DNA of 64,000 bases from Vicinamibacteria bacterium (GTDB lineage Bacteria; Acidobacteriota; Vicinamibacteria; Marinacidobacterales; Marinacidobacteraceae). Both the position numbers and the translations under genes were made by a program. The notes under the pieces were generated by a model, which was not told where the DNA came from, ran no database searches, and was given only the letters and a program-made list of their open reading frames with translations. Of this stretch, positions 20,755 through 30,952 are shown piece by piece (position 1 is the stretch's first letter; each line of letters opens with the position of its first letter). Location of the stretch: contig OY821641.1 of NCBI GenBank assembly GCA_963555995.3, positions 3,136,001 through 3,200,000 on the forward strand. The letters are read 5' to 3'.

Positions 20755-21069
20755 ATGAAAAACATTACCGTCACGTTACCCGAGGAATGCGCCCGCTGGG
20801 TGCGAGTCCGTGCCGCCCAGGAGGACCGCAGCGTCTCGCGCTGGCTCGCGGAGTTGCTCGAAGGGATGCGCCGCCGTGAGGACGACTACGACGCCGCCAT
20901 GGACCGCCTGCTGGCGATCAAGCCCCAGAAGCTGCGCTGGATTGACGGACGGCGGCCCACGCGGGAGGAGATCTATGACCGGCCCGTTCTCCAACGTGAC
21001 CGGGCTCCGGTTGCCGATGCCGCCGCCGAATCCGCAAGCGCGCCGGCGCCGGAGTCCGACGCGGCGTGA
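20755..21069 (+). CDS. CopG/RHH antitoxin (VapB-like)
   Basis: MKNITVTLPEECARWVRVRAAQEDRSVSR...PTREEIYDR; overlaps the PIN gene. Confidence 0.8.
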   Translation: MKNITVTLPEECARWVRVRAAQEDRSVSRWLAELLEGMRRREDDYDAAMDRLLAIKPQKLRWIDGRRPTREEIYDRPVLQRDRAPVADAAAESASAPAPESDAA

Positions 21070-21533
21070 TTTCCGCGACCCGTCCGGTCTTCATTGACAC
21101 GAATGTCCTCGTGTACTGGCAGGACACGTCGGACCCGGCGAAGCAATCCCGCGCGGCGGACTGGGTCACGCTGCTTTCCCGGAATCGGTCCGCACGAACG
21201 AGTTCCCAGGTCCTCGTGGAGCTCTATTCGTCGCTGACCCGCAAACTGGAGGGTTTCCGCATCGACAAGGCGCAGCGGATTGTTCGCGGCGTCGCTGCCT
21301 GGCAACCGGTGGCCCGGGACCTCCCGTTGATCGAACGCGCGTGGCTTCTCCAGCAACGCTACGCGCTCTCGTGGTGGGACGCGCTGATCGTGGCGGCGGC
21401 GCAGTCGAGTGGATGCTCGGTCCTGCTCACGGAGGATCTCCAGCACAATCAACTGCTGGACGATGTCCGCGTGATTGACCCGTTCCGGTCGCCGGAGCGC
21501 AAACCTGCCGAAGTGCTGGACGCGCTGCCATAG
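21066..21533 (+). CDS. vapC: PIN-domain toxin (VapC-like)
   Basis: FIDTNVLVY, QVLVE, SWWDALIVAAA, LTEDLQ. Confidence 0.9.
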   Translation: MISATRPVFIDTNVLVYWQDTSDPAKQSRAADWVTLLSRNRSARTSSQVLVELYSSLTRKLEGFRIDKAQRIVRGVAAWQPVARDLPLIERAWLLQQRYALSWWDALIVAAAQSSGCSVLLTEDLQHNQLLDDVRVIDPFRSPERKPAEVLDALP

Positions 21534-21536
21534 CAA

Positions 21537-23210
21537 ATGAGCAGTTTCGACCGGCGAGTGCTGCTCCGTCTCTCGCTTCTGGCCGTCGCCGCCGGGTGGT
21601 CGTGCGCCCCGGGTGGGGACGGGGACGCCGACCTCGTCGTGGTGGGCGGCACCGTCCTGACCGTGGACGCCGACTTCAGCGTCGCCGAGGCGATGGCGGT
21701 CCGCAACGGCCGCATCCAGGCCGTCGGGTCCGACGCCGAGATCCGGGCGCTCATCGGCCCGGACACGCACGTCGTTGAAATCCCGGGCAAGACGGTCGTC
21801 CCCGGACTCGCCGACAACCACCTGCACCGGGTCGGGGGCGGCGACGGCGTGGACCTGTCCCGCGTCCGGACCATGGAAGAACTGCTCGGAGCCATCACGG
21901 AACGCGCTCGGGCGGAGGGCCCCGGCGAGCTGGTGACGACCAACTCCGACTGGCACGAGGGACAGCTTCGGGAACAGCGTCTCCCCCTGCGGCGGGACCT
22001 CGACCGGGCCGCGCCCGGCAACCCCGTGGTCGTGGTCCGCGGCGGCCACGAATACATCCTGAACTCGCAGGCGCTCGAGAAGTGGGAGATCACCACCGAC
22101 ACGCCGGTCCCGGCGGGAGGCCGGATCACCCGCTACCCCGACGGCGAACTGAACGGGGAGCTGGTGGACACCGCCAAACGGCTGGTCACCCTGCCGGAGC
22201 GGCCCCCCCGGAACCTCGAGGAACGCATCCAGGACCAGGTCGAGGAATACCGGACGCTCCACGCGGCCGGCCTCACGAGCATCCGGCATCCCGGCAGCAG
22301 CCTCGAACACTTCCGCCTGCTGGAGGAGATGAAGCGGCGGGGGCTCTTCACCATGCGTGTCACGTTCCTGATGCGGATGCGCGCGCGCACCGCGGCGGAC
22401 GTGGACGCGGCGATTGACGAGTGGGGCCTTGAGCCGCAGGCCGGCGACGAGTGGCTGCGCCTGGGCGGGGTGAAGCTGGGCGTGGACGGCGGTTTCGAGG
22501 GCGGCCTGCTGCGCGAGCCGTACGAGGAGCCGTGGGGTCAGGGGGGCACGTACCACGGCCTGCGCACGATGCCGCAGGACGTCTTTGGCGAGGTCGCGAC
22601 CCAACTCGGCCGCCGCGGCTGGCGGGTGGCCACCCACGCGGTGGGGGATTTGGCGATTGACCAGGTCCTCGAGGGTTACGAGGCCGCGAACGAGGTCACG
22701 CCCATCGCCGGCGAGCGCTGGGTGATCGAACACGGCTTCATCCCCCGCGAGGACCAGTTCCCGACGATGAACCGCCTGGGGCTCCTGGTGGCCGGCCAGC
22801 ATCACCTCTACGTCGCCGGCCCCAGCCTCGAGAAGTACTGGGGCCGGGAACGGGCCGAGTGGACGACCCCGATGCGCGCCTATCTCGACGCCGGGGTGAT
22901 GGTCTCCGGGGGCACCGACGCGTCGGTCATCCCCTACCCGCCGCTCTGGGTCCTCCACCACTTCGTCACCCGCGAGACGATCAGCGGCGGCGTCTTCGGG
23001 GAGGACCAGCGGGTGAGCGTCGAAGAGGGCCTCCGGCTGATCACCCACGCCGTCGCGTACCTGAACTTCGAGGAGGACCTCAAGGGCACCCTCGAACCCG
23101 GCAAGCTCGCCGACTTCACGGTGTTGTCGGACGACCCCCGCGAGGTCCCGGCGGACGAGATCCAGGTGGAGATGACCGTCGTGGGCGGGGAGACGGTGTT
23201 CGAACGCTGA
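21537..23210 (+). CDS. Amidohydrolase 3 (YtcJ-like), lipoprotein signal
   Basis: PGLADNHLH, KLGVDG, HAVGD, IEHG, GTLEPGKLADF. Confidence 0.9.
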   Translation: MSSFDRRVLLRLSLLAVAAGWSCAPGGDGDADLVVVGGTVLTVDADFSVAEAMAVRNGRIQAVGSDAEIRALIGPDTHVVEIPGKTVVPGLADNHLHRVGGGDGVDLSRVRTMEELLGAITERARAEGPGELVTTNSDWHEGQLREQRLPLRRDLDRAAPGNPVVVVRGGHEYILNSQALEKWEITTDTPVPAGGRITRYPDGELNGELVDTAKRLVTLPERPPRNLEERIQDQVEEYRTLHAAGLTSIRHPGSSLEHFRLLEEMKRRGLFTMRVTFLMRMRARTAADVDAAIDEWGLEPQAGDEWLRLGGVKLGVDGGFEGGLLREPYEEPWGQGGTYHGLRTMPQDVFGEVATQLGRRGWRVATHAVGDLAIDQVLEGYEAANEVTPIAGERWVIEHGFIPREDQFPTMNRLGLLVAGQHHLYVAGPSLEKYWGRERAEWTTPMRAYLDAGVMVSGGTDASVIPYPPLWVLHHFVTRETISGGVFGEDQRVSVEEGLRLITHAVAYLNFEEDLKGTLEPGKLADFTVLSDDPREVPADEIQVEMTVVGGETVFER

Positions 23211-23397
23211 CGCCGGGCAAACCACCCGCCGTCAACGTCGCGCAGCAGCAACCCGGCGGGAACCCCCACCGCGCAACAGCGCGGAAACGGCTGGGACCCC
23301 CGGCCAGTGCTGTGAGATTGCAGTTTCCCGCGGAACGTCAACCAGCCGTGTCCGCGACTTTCATGACCGGCGGGGTGCGCTCGCGGTCAATGCTGTA

Positions 23398-24255
23398 TCA
23401 CGCCACCTGCCACCTGCCTTCCGATAGCGTGATGACTTGCTGCCGCTTTAGCTGTTGCTGCGCGTTCCGGACGTGGTGCTTCCACTTCCTTCCGAACGAG
23501 ACGCCATTAATGATCCGATCCATCCGGTCGTCACACAAGTCGGGGAGCAGGTTCTTGACGACGGCATGCAGGTCGGTCGTGGTGAGCGACCCGTGCCGCC
23601 GCAACGCGTAGTGGACGGCGCGTCCGAAAATCGCCGTGGTGGATTCCCCGCCACGGAGACCGAGCACAGAGTCAGCGAGGGGGCCGTGTGCCTGGGAGAT
23701 CCAGCGCTCCAGTTCGGCCTCTCCCTCTCGCACGACTGTCGTGGTCAGGTCGGGGAACCTCTGCCGCTCCTCTTGAACGCGAACGCCGATTTCCTCGAGC
23801 AGGTCGGTGGATACGGATTTGCCGAGCCTCGCATACTCACCGAGGTCCGCGGTGATCTCCTGCACTGCGACCGGCTCGGAAACCTTGACACCAAGCTCAC
23901 GATTCCAGCGTATGCCGCTGTACGTGCAATTGGCGGAAGTCACGATGGCGGTGTGTTCGTCCGCGACATATGCCTTCGCATGGAGCCCTGGGACGTGGTG
24001 AATCGTTGCGCAAGCGACCGCTTCCCCGATCATGGCAAGCGCCTGGCAGTCCACGAAACCACCCAAGAGGCTGGCGGGCGCCAGATCCGTCAGGACTTCG
24101 ATCTCTACGGCACCGGGCGATGGAAGTTCTGCAACGAATCGCTCAAGTGGACCCCGGGTGATAAACGGTGCAGCGACAGTCGCCCGCAGGCGCACCGACC
24201 GCGCGAGGCTGAGGAACTGCTCCTCCCACGGAGAGAAGAGGATGTGCATGCCCAT
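23398..24255 (-). CDS. PLD-family (single HKD) nuclease with C-terminal winged-helix-like domain
   Basis: HAKAYVAD (HxKx4D), TSANCT, NRELGV; C-terminal KWKHHVRNAQQQLK...GRWQV. Confidence 0.75.
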   Translation of the reverse strand: MGMHILFSPWEEQFLSLARSVRLRATVAAPFITRGPLERFVAELPSPGAVEIEVLTDLAPASLLGGFVDCQALAMIGEAVACATIHHVPGLHAKAYVADEHTAIVTSANCTYSGIRWNRELGVKVSEPVAVQEITADLGEYARLGKSVSTDLLEEIGVRVQEERQRFPDLTTTVVREGEAELERWISQAHGPLADSVLGLRGGESTTAIFGRAVHYALRRHGSLTTTDLHAVVKNLLPDLCDDRMDRIINGVSFGRKWKHHVRNAQQQLKRQQVITLSEGRWQVA

Positions 24256-24390
24256 TTCAGGTCGAAATCTGAAACGGTCAGGCCTTTTCGGAATTCGTTC
24301 CGGAATCGGACGCAGTCATCAGCGAAAGGGCGGCGTCTCGGCCTGTTCCCCGAAGTCCCGCCATCGGTTCGCCATGCTACCAAGTCGATC

Positions 24391-25107
24391 TTACGGCGCT
24401 TCGGACGCCTCTGGCGGCAAGTGTGTGGGTTCGCTGCGGCTTGGCCGAACGGCGCGCCGGGGCGTTCGGAACTGGATCTTGAGGCTGGGGTCGGCCCTCT
24501 CCCGGTCCACGATCTCGTTGTAACGGGTGACGAGGCGGCGGAGTTCCGCCGGCAGTAGGGCGGCGCGGAACCGAGACCGAATGCCAAGGTGGACCGTGAC
24601 GAAGTGCTCGAAGTCCACCACATCAAGTTGGTCGTCGAAGCCGGTCTCCTGGGCTATGACCGTATCCAATGCACCCCAAGGCGGCACAGTGATCAAGACA
24701 CAGCGGTAGCCCCGGCCAAGGGATTCCCGACAGGCCGTGAACGTCGCCGTTGTGGGTGTTCCGGCAACATGGAAGTGCGTGTCCCCGACCTCGAAGGGCG
24801 CATGCGATGATCGGGGATCACCCAGCCGATCGCTACCTGGCTCGGCGACACCCGGCAGTCCCATCGAATCGAGCGTCGCCGCCACCAAGTGTGTGAGGAC
24901 TACGTTGAAGTACGGTCCCCGATAGTCCGAATCCCGGTTTTCGGCTTGCCGCAACAACTCCCGAAAGATGCCACGTAGGCTGCGTGTCGGATCGAGCGTC
25001 AGGCGCAATCGGCTCCTTCGTTTGGCCGAAGCAGGCGCTGCGATGGGTACGCCACCAGAACCACTCTCCGAACCCGTCTCCTGATGTGTTTCGCACGGCA
25101 TGTTCAT
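24391..25107 (-). CDS. DUF4928-like protein, C-terminal part only
   Basis: VLTHLVAATLD, FEVGDTHFHV, LRRLVTRYNEIVDRERADPSLKI; paralogous to 27378-28397. Confidence 0.65.
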   Translation of the reverse strand: MNMPCETHQETGSESGSGGVPIAAPASAKRRSRLRLTLDPTRSLRGIFRELLRQAENRDSDYRGPYFNVVLTHLVAATLDSMGLPGVAEPGSDRLGDPRSSHAPFEVGDTHFHVAGTPTTATFTACRESLGRGYRCVLITVPPWGALDTVIAQETGFDDQLDVVDFEHFVTVHLGIRSRFRAALLPAELRRLVTRYNEIVDRERADPSLKIQFRTPRRAVRPSRSEPTHLPPEASEAP

Positions 25108-25166
25108 GCCCTCCTCGCAGTATTGGTTGAAACGCTCAGTCTATACGCTTGTCATGACAGGACTTG

Positions 25167-26324
25167 TCACATCCACTCGTCCGACCAGAGCCGTTCCAGG
25201 AATTCCCGCCACGGCAGGATCAGGAGGCCGTCGTCCGTTTCCCGGGGGGCAGCCTCGTTGCAAACGACGAGCGCGTGCCGGGGGCGGTGTTCCTCGCGGT
25301 AGGCCCGGAGGCCCGTCAGATCGCGTGGCTGGACGTTGCGGCTGCCCCTGACCTCGACTGCGGTCTCGCCGTGGGGACCGAGCACGAAGTCGCATTCCAG
25401 GCCCGTCTTGGTGCGCCAGAAGCGGATCGGGAAGTCCCGCTCGCGGTAGCTGCGGTAGGCGAGGAGTTCCATCAGGACGAAGTGTTCCAGCGCCCGGCCG
25501 AAGTCCGGGCCGGTGGCCACTTCCAGGTGGCGATGGGTCACGTAGCCTGCGAGTCCCACATCGCACAGATAGAACTTGGGCGTCCGTGTGAGGACCGCGC
25601 GGGAGCGCCGACGGCGGAACGGTTCGACGAAGACCCCGATCAGCGTGTCCGCGAGGATCTGGAAGTACTCGCGGACGGTCTTCGAGTCCACCCCACACTC
25701 GCGGGCGATGTTGCTGCAGTTCACGAGTTCACCGTGGGAGAACGAGAGTGCCTCGAAGAACCGCAAGAACGCGGGGGCATTTCTCGTGAGCCCCTCGTCG
25801 AAGATCTCCTCCTTCAGGTAGTCGTCCACATAGCGGCGCAGCACCGGCCGAGGGTTGGGCGCCTCGTGGTGCTGCGGCAGCAGGCCACGGCCCAGCGTCG
25901 GCAGGAGGTCGAATTCCGGGATCTCCTGCGACGTCAAGGGATGCAGCGCGAAGCCCCAGGCGCGCCCGCCGAGCAGGTTGGCGCGGCCCCGCTTGAGCTT
26001 CCGGGTGCTGGAACCACAGAGGATGAATCGAAGTCCCTGATCCTCGATCAGACGGTGGACCTCGTCGAGCAGAGCCGGAACCTTCTGGACTTCGTCGAGG
26101 ATGATCGGGCGCTCCCGCACGGCTTGGTCGAGCGCCTGCACCCGCTCCGCAAGGCGCCAAGGCGCACGGGTGAACTCCAGCAGGAGCCGCGTGTCCAGCA
26201 GATCGAAACGCGCCGAATCGGGGAATTGCTGTCGGAGGAGCGTGGATTTCCCGGTCTTCCGGGGTCCCCAGAGGAAGACGGACTGACGTGGCGGGAGATC
26301 GATCCGCAGGGTACGCGAATACAT
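25167..26324 (-). CDS. AAA_14 ATPase + DUF4143 protein
   Basis: GPRKTGKS, LDEVQK, CGSS, FWRTKTGLECDFV; upstream palindrome TCGGAGTATATTCCGA. Confidence 0.9.
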   Translation of the reverse strand: MYSRTLRIDLPPRQSVFLWGPRKTGKSTLLRQQFPDSARFDLLDTRLLLEFTRAPWRLAERVQALDQAVRERPIILDEVQKVPALLDEVHRLIEDQGLRFILCGSSTRKLKRGRANLLGGRAWGFALHPLTSQEIPEFDLLPTLGRGLLPQHHEAPNPRPVLRRYVDDYLKEEIFDEGLTRNAPAFLRFFEALSFSHGELVNCSNIARECGVDSKTVREYFQILADTLIGVFVEPFRRRRSRAVLTRTPKFYLCDVGLAGYVTHRHLEVATGPDFGRALEHFVLMELLAYRSYRERDFPIRFWRTKTGLECDFVLGPHGETAVEVRGSRNVQPRDLTGLRAYREEHRPRHALVVCNEAAPRETDDGLLILPWREFLERLWSDEWM

Positions 26325-26426
26325 GATGATTTCGGAGTATATTCCGATATACGCTGACCAACCCGGAAGTCATTCCAGCAAACACAACCCCTGAGTCCTC
26401 CGGACCCACGCGGATCGCGCGGCTGC

Positions 26427-27359
26427 TCAGGAGGCTTGGCGGAACTGCTGGTAGCGGAGTTCCAGCCGGTCCGGGTCGGGGTGGTCCGCCGGGCGGCGCG
26501 GGCGATGGATGCGCTGGTCGTGCAGGCCCTGGAGCCCGTGGCGCAGCATGGGGCCGTCCTCCTCGCGGAGGAGGTCGGGGCGGACCTCGATGACGCCTTT
26601 GGGCGTCACACCGAGAAAGAACTGATCGAAGGCCGCGTGGTGGATCTTGCAGAGGGAGAGTCCGTTCGGCACGACGGGATCCCCGGTCGGGTCGCGGTCG
26701 GGGACGATATGCGCGGCGTCGAGGAGCGGCTCCCGGCGAAGGCGGCAGAACGAGCACCGGCTCCGATAGGCGCTGAGGACGCGGTGGCGGAAGACCCGCT
26801 GGTGAATGCGCGCGACGGTGCTTCGGGTCGCGTAGCGGCGCTCGAGCTCGCGATTTCCGCCGGCAGCCAGCGAAACGCCCGCCTGCTCGGCGGCTAGCCG
26901 TTGCACTGCGTAGTCCGCGTGATCCGCAACGACGGTAACCGTCCGGTTCGGGGGATCGTCGCCGACGATGAACGCCGGCCAGACCGGGAAATACCGCGAC
27001 CGGCCGATCCCGTGGAAGTAGAGAACCGGCCGCTGCTGTTCCATGAGCCGCCGGAGCCCCACATTGTCGGCGTGGCTGGGGTTGCTCCCGTAGTAGAGGT
27101 AGTGCAGCCGGCCCGTTCTCTTGTCGAAGCTGTCGCCGTAGGGGTTCTCCCAGGAAGTCCGGATGGACAGCGGCATCTCCATCTGCCGGGGCTTCCAGAT
27201 GCCACGCTGGTTGACGAGCGGGATGCGCTCGTTCCGGAACGCGAATCCGTGCATCAGCAGGCCCCAGTCCAGTTCGGGCCCGTGCAGATCCGTCTGTTCG
27301 CGCAACCAGGTGCCCGCCGCGACGCGGATCGCATGGTCGTCGAAACGGGCCGGGAACAC
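26427..27359 (-). CDS. HNH endonuclease with SRA-like N-domain (putative type IV restriction enzyme)
   Basis: YRSRCSFC...LDAAHIVP...NGLSLCKIHHAAFD; N-terminal GIWKP...NPYGD. Confidence 0.8.
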   Translation of the reverse strand: MFPARFDDHAIRVAAGTWLREQTDLHGPELDWGLLMHGFAFRNERIPLVNQRGIWKPRQMEMPLSIRTSWENPYGDSFDKRTGRLHYLYYGSNPSHADNVGLRRLMEQQRPVLYFHGIGRSRYFPVWPAFIVGDDPPNRTVTVVADHADYAVQRLAAEQAGVSLAAGGNRELERRYATRSTVARIHQRVFRHRVLSAYRSRCSFCRLRREPLLDAAHIVPDRDPTGDPVVPNGLSLCKIHHAAFDQFFLGVTPKGVIEVRPDLLREEDGPMLRHGLQGLHDQRIHRPRRPADHPDPDRLELRYQQFRQAS

Positions 27360-27377
27360 CTTGGGGACGCACGGCGA

Positions 27378-28397
27378 TCACCTCCGCCGTGCGCTGGCCA
27401 TGGTACCAATGGGATGGAGCCCGCCGGAGCCGGCGGACGGACGCGCGGGAGCCTTCCGGAACCGGATCCTGAGGCTGGGGTCCGCCTCCTCCCGGTCCAC
27501 GATTTCGTTGTAGCGGGCAACCAGGCGGCGCAGGTCGTGGGGCAACCGGGCGGCGCGGAATCCGCTCCGCAGGTAAAGGTGGGTCGCGAGGAGATCGGCG
27601 ATGTCCAACACGTCGAGGCGTTCCCCGATGCCCGCCTGTTCGGCCAGGACAGCGGCGAAGGCAGCGGCGCGGGGCGCGGTGATCAGCACGGGCCGGTGGC
27701 CGTGTTCGAGTGAATCCCGACAGGCGGCGATCACCGCCTCGCCGGGTGACGCCGCGACATGCAGGATGGCGTGTCCGGGAGAAGGCGGCGCGGCTGGGGA
27801 CCCGGACGGCCGTACCGGGTCGAGCGCCGCCGCCACGAGGTGAGTGAGAACCGCATCGCTGTACCCCGCGCCTCTTTCCGGATCCCGCGCTTCCGCCTGC
27901 CGGCACAACTCCCGGAAGGCACGGGTCGGGCTTCGGTTCGCGTCGAGGACCAGCCGTGGGCGGGGCCGATGCGGTCGCGGCACCGGAGCCATCCGGCGGC
28001 GGGCGAGGAAGTCCCGTACGCGGGTGATCCAGAACGCTTCGATGGCGTCGGGGTCGGCCAGCCCCTCCTCGTGGAGCCGGTTCAGCAGATCCACATAGCC
28101 TCGCATCCTCTGGACGCTGCCCATGCTCGTCCGCCCGCCCTCCCGCGCGAGCTCCTCGGTGATCCCGTGGCGGGCGAGAATCTGCTGCACTGCCGGACGG
28201 CCGAGCCGCCGGACCTGACCCCCGCCCTCCACGATGAGGCTGTCGGCATCCAGCGGTAGTCCCCTCTCGCGGGCGTGGTCGGTCACCACGAGGAACAGGG
28301 ACAGGGTGCCCTTGGTCTCCGGGATGCTCGCGGCGTATGCGTCCAGCCGGTCGTCGAGGCACGGGGCTTCGCGATTCCCTGCACTGGCCACCGCCAT
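27378..28397 (-). CDS. DUF4928-family protein
   Basis: KGTLSLFLVVT...GGQVRRLG...EGGRTSMGS...YNEIVDREEADPSLRI. Confidence 0.75.
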   Translation of the reverse strand: MAVASAGNREAPCLDDRLDAYAASIPETKGTLSLFLVVTDHARERGLPLDADSLIVEGGGQVRRLGRPAVQQILARHGITEELAREGGRTSMGSVQRMRGYVDLLNRLHEEGLADPDAIEAFWITRVRDFLARRRMAPVPRPHRPRPRLVLDANRSPTRAFRELCRQAEARDPERGAGYSDAVLTHLVAAALDPVRPSGSPAAPPSPGHAILHVAASPGEAVIAACRDSLEHGHRPVLITAPRAAAFAAVLAEQAGIGERLDVLDIADLLATHLYLRSGFRAARLPHDLRRLVARYNEIVDREEADPSLRIRFRKAPARPSAGSGGLHPIGTMASARRR

Positions 28398-28850
28398 GTC
28401 CTCCCCGCGTCGCGCGCGACGTTGGAAGTCTGCCGGCGCACCGTGACAGAACGTGTCAGCGTACGGGCGTTTCGGCCCGGGATCGTCGCGCTTCGCGCGA
28501 CGGTGCCGGTCTGAAGACCGGCGCTCCCAGCCGGCGGCGGCGGTGGCGCTGGGGTTCGTCTCGCCGGGGCGCCGTTTTCACAGCAAACCCTCATGTTCGG
28601 TCCACCTGCTCGCCCCGCCGGTCATGAAGACGGCGGAAACCGCCCGGAACGCCGGCTTCAGCCGGCACCGCGGGCCGAAGGCCCGCGGATGTCGTGCCGC
28701 TGCTCGCAGTGATGGACCGAGAGCGGAACGCCATCGCGCGGATCAGCGCCGCGCCGTCCGCTGCGCTCCGCGCGGCGCGGTGCCGGTCTGAAGACCGGCG
28801 CTCCCAGCCGGCGGCGCTCGCGCACCGCGCGCGGCGCTACCATCGGGGGC

Positions 28851-29930
28851 ATGCGGAACGTGATGCCCTCCTCTTCCCGGACCCGGTTCGCGGTGGCGGC
28901 CTTCGCCGTGGCGCTGCTCGCCCTCGCGGTCGCCGCCTGCGACGACGATGCGAGCCCGACGACCCCGGCTCCCGCGCCGCCGCCGGCCCCGGCGCCCGCG
29001 CCGCCACCCGAGCCGGAACCGGACCCGATCCGGGCGGAGGAGGTGGTGGACCGCGACACCCTGAAGCGCTTCGTGGAGGCCGCGGTCGGCGAGGCTTCGG
29101 CGAACATCGCGTCGGCGGACGCGGCGTACGACTTCTTCGACACCACGTTCCGGGAGGAGCGCTGGCTCCAGGGGTCCATCTACCTCTTCTCGCACTACCG
29201 GGAGGGCGACCTGCGGGCGCACCTGTTCTTCCACGGCGTCACCCCGGAGAACGAGGGGACGGACCGCTGGGGCCTCGAGGACGTGAACGGCGTGAAGCTG
29301 ATCCAGGAGCTGCTGGCCGCCGTCGCGGAAGGCGGGGGATACGTCGAGTACCGCTGGCCGAACCCGGCGGTCGAGGGGGACGAGGACGGCGGCTCGCCGA
29401 AGGTGAGCTACGGACTGCCGCTGACGATCGGCGACCTGAAGCTGTCGGTCGGAGCGGGCATCTACACCCCGGTCACGGCTCCGGACGTGCTGAACCGCGG
29501 GAACCTCATGCAGTTCGTGGAGCGCGCGGCGGCGGCGCTCTCCGAGCACGCCGCCGACCGGGAGACCGCCTACGCGTTCCTCGACGGGAACTTCCGCGAC
29601 GAGGGGGAGTGGCGGCACGAGGACATCTACGTGTTCGTTCTCACCATGGAAGGGATCAACTTCTTCCAGGCGCCCGACCCTGACTGGGAGGGGACGGACG
29701 TGTCCGACCAGGTGGACCTGAACGGGGTGAGGCTGGGCCAGGGACTCCTCGAGGCGGCCCGCGCGGGCGGTGGGTTCGTGGAGTACCACTGGGACAACCC
29801 GGCGGTCGAGGGGGACGAAGAGGGCGGGTCGCCCAAGCTGGCCTACGCGGTCCCGATCACCGTCGGCGAAACGCCCATGCTCCTTGGATCGGGGATCTAC
29901 GTGGACGCGTCCATCGCGTCCGGCCGGTAG
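28851..29930 (+). CDS. Lipoprotein with two single-Cache domains and a Pro-rich linker
   Basis: Lipobox VAAC; repeated D(V/L)NGV...GGG(Y/F)VEYxWxNPAVEGDE...SPK...G(A/S)GIY. Confidence 0.8.
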   Translation: MRNVMPSSSRTRFAVAAFAVALLALAVAACDDDASPTTPAPAPPPAPAPAPPPEPEPDPIRAEEVVDRDTLKRFVEAAVGEASANIASADAAYDFFDTTFREERWLQGSIYLFSHYREGDLRAHLFFHGVTPENEGTDRWGLEDVNGVKLIQELLAAVAEGGGYVEYRWPNPAVEGDEDGGSPKVSYGLPLTIGDLKLSVGAGIYTPVTAPDVLNRGNLMQFVERAAAALSEHAADRETAYAFLDGNFRDEGEWRHEDIYVFVLTMEGINFFQAPDPDWEGTDVSDQVDLNGVRLGQGLLEAARAGGGFVEYHWDNPAVEGDEEGGSPKLAYAVPITVGETPMLLGSGIYVDASIASGR

Positions 29931-29956
29931 CGGGACGGGCTTGGGTTTCGGTCACC

Positions 29957-30214
29957 GTGAAGGAACTCGTCCAGGTCCGCATTGACCGAGCCGTGAAGAA
30001 GGAAGCCGTCGCCGTGCTGGCGGGGATGGGACTCACTGTCTCCGATGCCATCCGACTGCTGCTGACCAGGGTGGCGCACGAGAAGGCGCTGCCGTTCGCG
30101 CCCCTGATTCTGAACGATGCGACCATCGAGGCAATCGAGGAAGCCCGGAAGGGCGGCCTCCCTCGGTGCTCCAGCGTGCCGGCGCTCTTCGCCGATCTGC
30201 ATGCGGACGATTGA
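29957..30214 (+). CDS. dinJ: RelB/DinJ-family antitoxin
   Basis: VQVRIDRAVKKEAVAVLAGMGLTVSDAIRLLL...LPFAPL. Confidence 0.85.
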   Translation: MKELVQVRIDRAVKKEAVAVLAGMGLTVSDAIRLLLTRVAHEKALPFAPLILNDATIEAIEEARKGGLPRCSSVPALFADLHADD

Positions 30215-30266
30215 GCCGCCAACCGCGGGGACATCGGGTCCGTTTGGAATGGCGGCGGTCGCCTGA
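30201..30266 (+). pseudogene. YafQ toxin N-terminal stub
   Basis: Overlapping ATG gives MRTIE (typical YafQ start), then unrelated sequence and a stop after 21 codons. Confidence 0.5.
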
Positions 30267-30319
30267 GCGGGACGACGGGAGGCATCCGCGCCGGCGACCG
30301 GCGTTCGGAGCCGGCCGAC

Positions 30320-30514
30320 TCAGACGTCCATCGGCGGATGCGGCGCCGGCTGTTCCGCGCGCGGACAGCCGTCGCAGGCGTCTCCCACCGGCCCATCCAC
30401 ACCGCAGCGGCGGAGGACGCAGCGGCCCTTCAGAATCGAGCCGAGCCCGAGGAGGAAGATGGACAGCGCGACCACCGCGAGGGAGAGGAGGACGATCCCG
30501 AGCGCCTGAAGCAT
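30320..30514 (-). CDS. nqrM: NqrM-like Na+-NQR maturation factor
   Basis: One TM helix plus Cys-rich tail (RCVLRRCG...CDGC), downstream of apbE/nqrF. Confidence 0.65.
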   Translation of the reverse strand: MLQALGIVLLSLAVVALSIFLLGLGSILKGRCVLRRCGVDGPVGDACDGCPRAEQPAPHPPMDV

Positions 30515-30622
30515 TCCGGGTTCATCCTACCGCCGGTGCCGGGCGGCCTCGCGCGGGGCGCTCGACCGTGAGGCGGCGCTACGTGCCTTGATGGGTCGTG
30601 CGCGAGCGAGCACAATGGTCCC

Positions 30623-30904
30623 ATGCAGACCGCGTCCATGTCGGAATTCAGGACGAACCTTTCCCGGTACATCCGCGAAGTGCGGCGGGGAGAGGAAATC
30701 GAGGTGCTTCGTCGGGGCAAACTCGTGGCGCGGCTCGTACCGCTCGCGCCGAGTGCGAAAGACGACCGGCAGCGACCGATTGAGGCGGGGGTCCCGAGAC
30801 CCGGCACGGGAGACGGATCGGTAGCGCTCCGGAATCCGCCGCTCAAGATTCCGGGAGCCCGGCTCTCGGAGGCGGTCATCGAGGACCGAGAGGATCGGGG
30901 TTGA
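30623..30904 (+). CDS. Phd/YefM antitoxin (orphan)
   Basis: MSEFRTNLSRYIREVRRGEEIEVLRRGKLVARLVP; promoter TTGATG-17-CACAAT. Confidence 0.85.
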   Translation: MQTASMSEFRTNLSRYIREVRRGEEIEVLRRGKLVARLVPLAPSAKDDRQRPIEAGVPRPGTGDGSVALRNPPLKIPGARLSEAVIEDREDRG

Positions 30905-30952
30905 GGCACCCTTGGCAATTCGGCTCCCGGATGCCGGGGAGGGGCGCGGCCT

